Part shown: positions 61,048 to 64,000 of the stretch, one piece after another
Layout of the letters: the number at the start of each line of letters is the position of its first letter
Position numbering within the stretch: the first letter of the stretch is position 1
Assembly (NCBI RefSeq): GCF_030028105.1
Contig: NC_092383.1
Span: forward strand, 87,749,921 to 87,813,920
Length of the DNA: 64,000 nucleotides
DNA from: Mobula birostris
Lineage: Eukaryota
Direction of reading: 5' to 3'
Notes under the pieces: generated by a model
Seen by the model: only the letters and a program-made list of their open reading frames with translations
Databases searched by the model: none
What the model was told of the DNA's origin: nothing
Program-made: the position numbers and the translations under genes

Positions 61048-62079
61048 CTAACCAGAGGGAGTAACAATCCTGTCATATGAAGGCATGGATTTTCCACTGG
61101 GGTTAGGGGTTGAAACAGCAGCTTTCAAGACCAGCCATACAGTTTAATTCAATGGGGACGTGTGACATACTGACAGAAGGCAGTGTATGAGATGAGGCAA
61201 GCACAACTCCACATCATGCTCACTCTGCACTGCTGCACCACAGGGGTGTGTTCCATCCCCTCTGCTACTTTCTCCATGCACCAATGGCTGCGTCTTCCGT
61301 GATCCATCAATTACACTGATAAAGCTTGCTCAATCACTGACTAATCACCAGAGTCGATACAATTGCAACAACTTGGAGCTGAATGCCCTCAAAACCATGG
61401 AGCTGTATATCAACTTCAGGAGTAATGGGTCTCATCTCCACACTCTTATCATCAACAACTCTACAGTGGGCACTGCTTCATCATTCAAGTACCTGCTCAT
61501 CAGTATTTCACTTAAGATGAAAATATCCTTGGCTGCAGCCCACCATTACTGCAGGACTTGTACGTGTCTCGGACAAAGAAATGGGCAGGAAAATTAATTG
61601 CAGTCTCTACCCACCTGGCAAACTACTTTTTCCTAAAGTTTCCTTCTGAGAAGCGCGATAGGCCTATTAAAACAAACACTTTACACCATATCTGTATTTT
61701 AAGTACCAATTTATTTTTATATAATGTATTATTATTATAATTTTTGAATGGTGATGTTTTCTTTTCTATCTCACCAACACACCACTGCAAATACCGAATA
61801 CGTGTAAATCGATATGGAGAATAAAGCTGATCTTTGATTAACGCACAGAACCAGACCGAATGACAAGCTGGCATCCAGGGAAACAGGCATGGGCTTTAGT
61901 ATGGCTAAGGAGGGGGTGGTTACGATATTCACCCCAGTTGAGAAGAGTTAGAGTGCACATGATCTGAAGCAAATCCTCATTCGACAGAGGTTCTGACAGC
62001 AGTGGTTGGAAGGTGGAAGATCTTCGAGTGGGTGATGCAATTCCATGGAAGATTTTGATTTGGTGCCATGAGGAAGATT

Positions 62080-63520
62080 ACCTAGTTCTTGGTGATAAGT
62101 CAAATTTATGGTCACATACACAAGTACTGTGATGTACAGTCACAGGGTAAAATTTGTTTGCAACAGCAACACGGCCATATAGATATAGACAAACACAGAA
62201 AAAAGATACTGTATAAAACAAGACATTAGAGCAAAGATAAGCACAATTAGAGTCCAGTCCATGGTAGTGCAAGAGATGGTCCACTGTGTTCTGTTGCTGA
62301 GGTAGAGATAAGCCCATGCAAGCTGGTTCAAGACCCTGGTAGTCACAGGAAAGGTGCCGCTCTGGAACCTGATGGGTGGGATATCACGTTTCAAAATCAT
62401 TCTTCATAGTAGCAGTGAAAAGAGGGCATGACTGAATGTTGTCATGGTGAGTTCCCATAACCATTGGCCTCACTGTCAAGGACTCTTCATCTCATGTTCT
62501 TGACACTTATTGCTTATTTATTTATAGACATACAAACATAGAAAACCCTCAATACAATACAGGCCCTTCGGCCCACAAAGCTGTGCCAAACATGTCCTCA
62601 CCTTAGAAATTACCTAAAGTTACCCATAGCCCTCTATTTCTCTAAGCTCCATATACCTATCCAGGAGACTCTTAAAAGAGACTTAAATTTATTATTGTTA
62701 TTTCTTTCTCTTTCTATTTGCACAGTATGTTGTCCTTCTGCACACTGGTTAAAAACCCAGTTGGTGTGGTCTTTGTCCACTGCTCGATTCGCTTTACACT
62801 TATGCCTGTGTGCCTAAGCATGGCTCCAATGCCATATTCAAGTTTCCTGATGACACTCCTGTCGTTGGCTGAATCAAAGGTGGTGATGAATCAGCATATA
62901 GAGGGAGATTGAATATCTGGCTGAGTGGTGGCATAACAACAACCTCGTAGCATGTCCGCAAGTTCAAGGAGCTGATCATTGACTTCAGGAGGAGGAAACC
63001 AGAGGTCCATGGGCCAGTCCCCACCATTGCAAATTGTGAACAGTGGTGGTGAGGGCTTTACCCATGATCGACTGGGCACATCTACATGAAACGTTGTCAC
63101 AAGAACGTAGCATCCGTTATCAGGGATCTTTACCATCCAGGACATGCTCTCTTCTCACTGCTGCTATCAGGAAGAAGATACAGGAGCAACAGGATCCAAT
63201 ACCACCACCAGGTTCAGGGACTTTTATTACCCCTCAATCATCGGGCTCCTGAACCAGGGTGATAACTTCACTTTCCCCATCATTGAAACGCTCCCACAAC
63301 CTATCAACTCACTTTCAAGGACACTTCATCGCATCTTTTCGATAATTATAGCTTAGTATTTCTTTCTTTTTGCATTTGTACATTTTGTTAACTTTTGCAC
63401 ACAGGTTGAACACCCAAGAGGTCTCTCATTGATTCTGTTATGATTATTATTCTATTATAGATTTATTGAATAAACCCACTGAATGGACGTTGATAATAAA
63501 TATACATTGCATTTGAACTT
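62080..63520. mobile_element. Cluster of Rex1-type fragments (minus 62080-62520, plus 62770-63500) and a short CR1 tail
   Basis: KFPDDT / KELIIDFRRRKP / FRDFYYPSIIGLLNQ motifs. Confidence 0.7.
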
Positions 63521-63679
63521 TTTCTGCTCTCTCCTTGCACCCTAGGCTATTAGCCATATGAGCATGAGCTTCAGTGCATGTACAGTAATCACCAGGGTCC
63601 ACCAGCCCCCCATTCTGTATAGTCAGAAGTTCTCCCGATGGAGATCAGCTGGCTGTGTGAGTAAGTGTGTCTGAGCCAA

Positions 63680-64000
63680 AGCTATCTCATGCCACCTCCT
63701 TGTGCTCTTGATTTCCTTCTTAATCATACACCTGCATCTCCTTTACTGACAGATCCCAGTTGTTCCATATATCCTTCTTTCCTCCTGACCAGGGCTCTCA
63801 TGATTAAGAATTCTTTATTCCTGCCAGCCATGACAATACTCCAAAGGGAATATGGATTATCTCACTTTTACAAAATTCCCACTTGCCTGTTGCCCCCATT
63901 GCCTGCAAACAAACTACTCCAATCAACTTCAGCAAGTTTCTATCTAATATCATCAAATTTTGCAATGCTTAAATTTGTCCAGCCCATTTCCCAAGAATAG
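63680..64000 (-). mobile_element. Degenerate CR1 ORF2 fragment running off the window
   Basis: The minus strand resembles the post-endonuclease tether region of the other CR1 copies. Confidence 0.6.

Noticed and set aside
1-64000. CRISPR arrays, operons, rRNA or other prokaryotic systems
   Set aside because: The sequence is vertebrate-type with spliceosomal introns and LINEs/SINEs; no regularly spaced repeat-spacer array or rRNA-like segment was seen.

Overview
Eukaryotic, repeat-dense genomic DNA. The repeat content (CR1, Rex1-type, RTE, Penelope, R4/Dong, tRNA-derived SINEs) suggests a cartilaginous fish, probably a ray; this is an inference. Most listed six-frame ORFs are retrotransposon debris. 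Hidden among the repeats, I reconstructed by hand two tandem paralogous + strand genes for CD300/pIgR/TREM-family (MDIR-like) Ig receptors. Every splice phase is compatible: leader - V-type Ig exon(s) - Ser/Thr stalk - transmembrane exon with an Arg - short tail with no ITIM/ITAM. Gene A (15830-34381) has one V exon broken by a 10-nt deletion. Gene B (41732-57514) has three tandem phase-1/1 V exons (V1 and V2 intact, V3 with a TGA) plus the stump of a fourth. Skipping V3 gives an intact 355-aa two-domain receptor. The V cassettes are bordered by Penelope fragments, one of which keeps a minimal hammerhead ribozyme core. Gene B's tail is partly Penelope-derived and has a 141-bp inverted copy 2.6 kb downstream. 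Also present: a solo LTR spanning a 278-N gap, a degenerate R4/Dong element, nested CR1s, and low-confidence exons of possible neighbouring genes at both ends. Exon calls come from splice consensus, phase and paralog comparison only, with no transcript evidence. Repeat boundaries are approximate unless stated.
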